This document shows, piece by piece, positions 63,567 to 64,000 of a stretch of 64,000 nt of DNA. A program made the position numbers and the translations under genes. Source of the DNA: Cetorhinus maximus (lineage: Eukaryota); contig NC_135891.1 of NCBI RefSeq assembly GCF_964194155.1, positions 49,538,001-49,602,000 on the forward strand. Reading direction: 5' to 3'. Every line of letters starts with the position of its first letter. The stretch's first letter is position 1. The notes under the pieces are model-generated. The model searched no databases. It was not told the origin of the DNA and saw only the letters and a program-made list of their open reading frames with translations.

Positions 63567-64000
63567 ATGGCAACTTTTGAAGCATGGGTTTATTGATCAG
63601 GAGGGTTTAAATTGGCAAAAGTTGGCATCCTTAGACATGGAGTAACTGAAAACCATTGCTTTCAGATTTAAGATTCCCAGTAAGAAAAAGAGATGGGAAT
63701 TCCTGAAAATGCTAGCTAAGGATTTTGAATTCCGTCCAGGTTCAGAACAGGCAACAGAAGCTGAATTGTAGCCAGACTGGGTAACTTTAGCCAAAACAGA
63801 GCTGAAAAAGTCGAAAATTGAGCTGGAGTTTAAGGCTCAGAAAAAAAGGGAAGAAAGACTAGCCCGAGAAAAGGACCGAGAGTTTCAATCCCAGGAAAGA
63901 AGGGTACAGGGAGAAGAAAAAGGAGAGAGAGAGAGAGAGAGGAATTTCCAGCTATAGAAGTTGGAATTGGAGCTGCAAGCACAGAGGGATAGAGACCAAA
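63567..64000 (+). pseudogene. Gypsy gag N-terminus, coiled-coil type, decayed; runs off the window
   Basis: MATFEA / FIDQEGLNWQKLASLDME*LKTIAFRFKI...LEFKAQKKREERLAREKDREFQ...ERERNFQL*KLELEL, downstream of the PBS. Confidence 0.75.

Noticed and set aside
1-64000. CRISPR arrays, rRNA, true tRNA genes, prokaryotic operons or defence systems
   Set aside because: No regularly spaced repeats, cloverleafs or dense ORFs. The tRNA-like pieces are SINE heads and a PBS.

Overview
This is a repeat-dense eukaryotic window, not a prokaryotic one. The repeat repertoire (CR1, L2 and RTE LINEs, Deu-domain-like SINE, Penelope-like elements, Gypsy relics, many PIF/Harbinger elements) suggests a cartilaginous fish such as a shark; this is inference. 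I found no intact, recognisable host gene. Nearly every ORF in the track is a decayed transposon frame or a chance ORF, so the region is probably intronic or intergenic. Main structures: (1) At least six PIF/Harbinger elements carry Myb/SANT and/or HARBI1-like genes, including two Harbinger-inside-Harbinger nestings (26433-30856 and 53917-58431). Several GGGC/GGGT-ended MITEs have 3-bp TSDs that are not TWA. (2) Two Penelope-like insertions have inverted-repeat structure and 13-bp TSDs. Each arm carries a minimal hammerhead-ribozyme-like motif with the non-canonical core CUGUUGA in all four copies. (3) A Gypsy LTR end, tRNA-Pro-like PBS and gag start lie at the right edge. (4) Several repeat-free AT-rich islands could be conserved non-coding elements or small exons. 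I cannot show a wholly new biological system from sequence alone; the variant-hammerhead Penelope hairpins and the Harbinger nesting/TSD pattern are the best leads. Family names come from recalled motifs, not database searches, and boundaries without TIR/TSD support are approximate.
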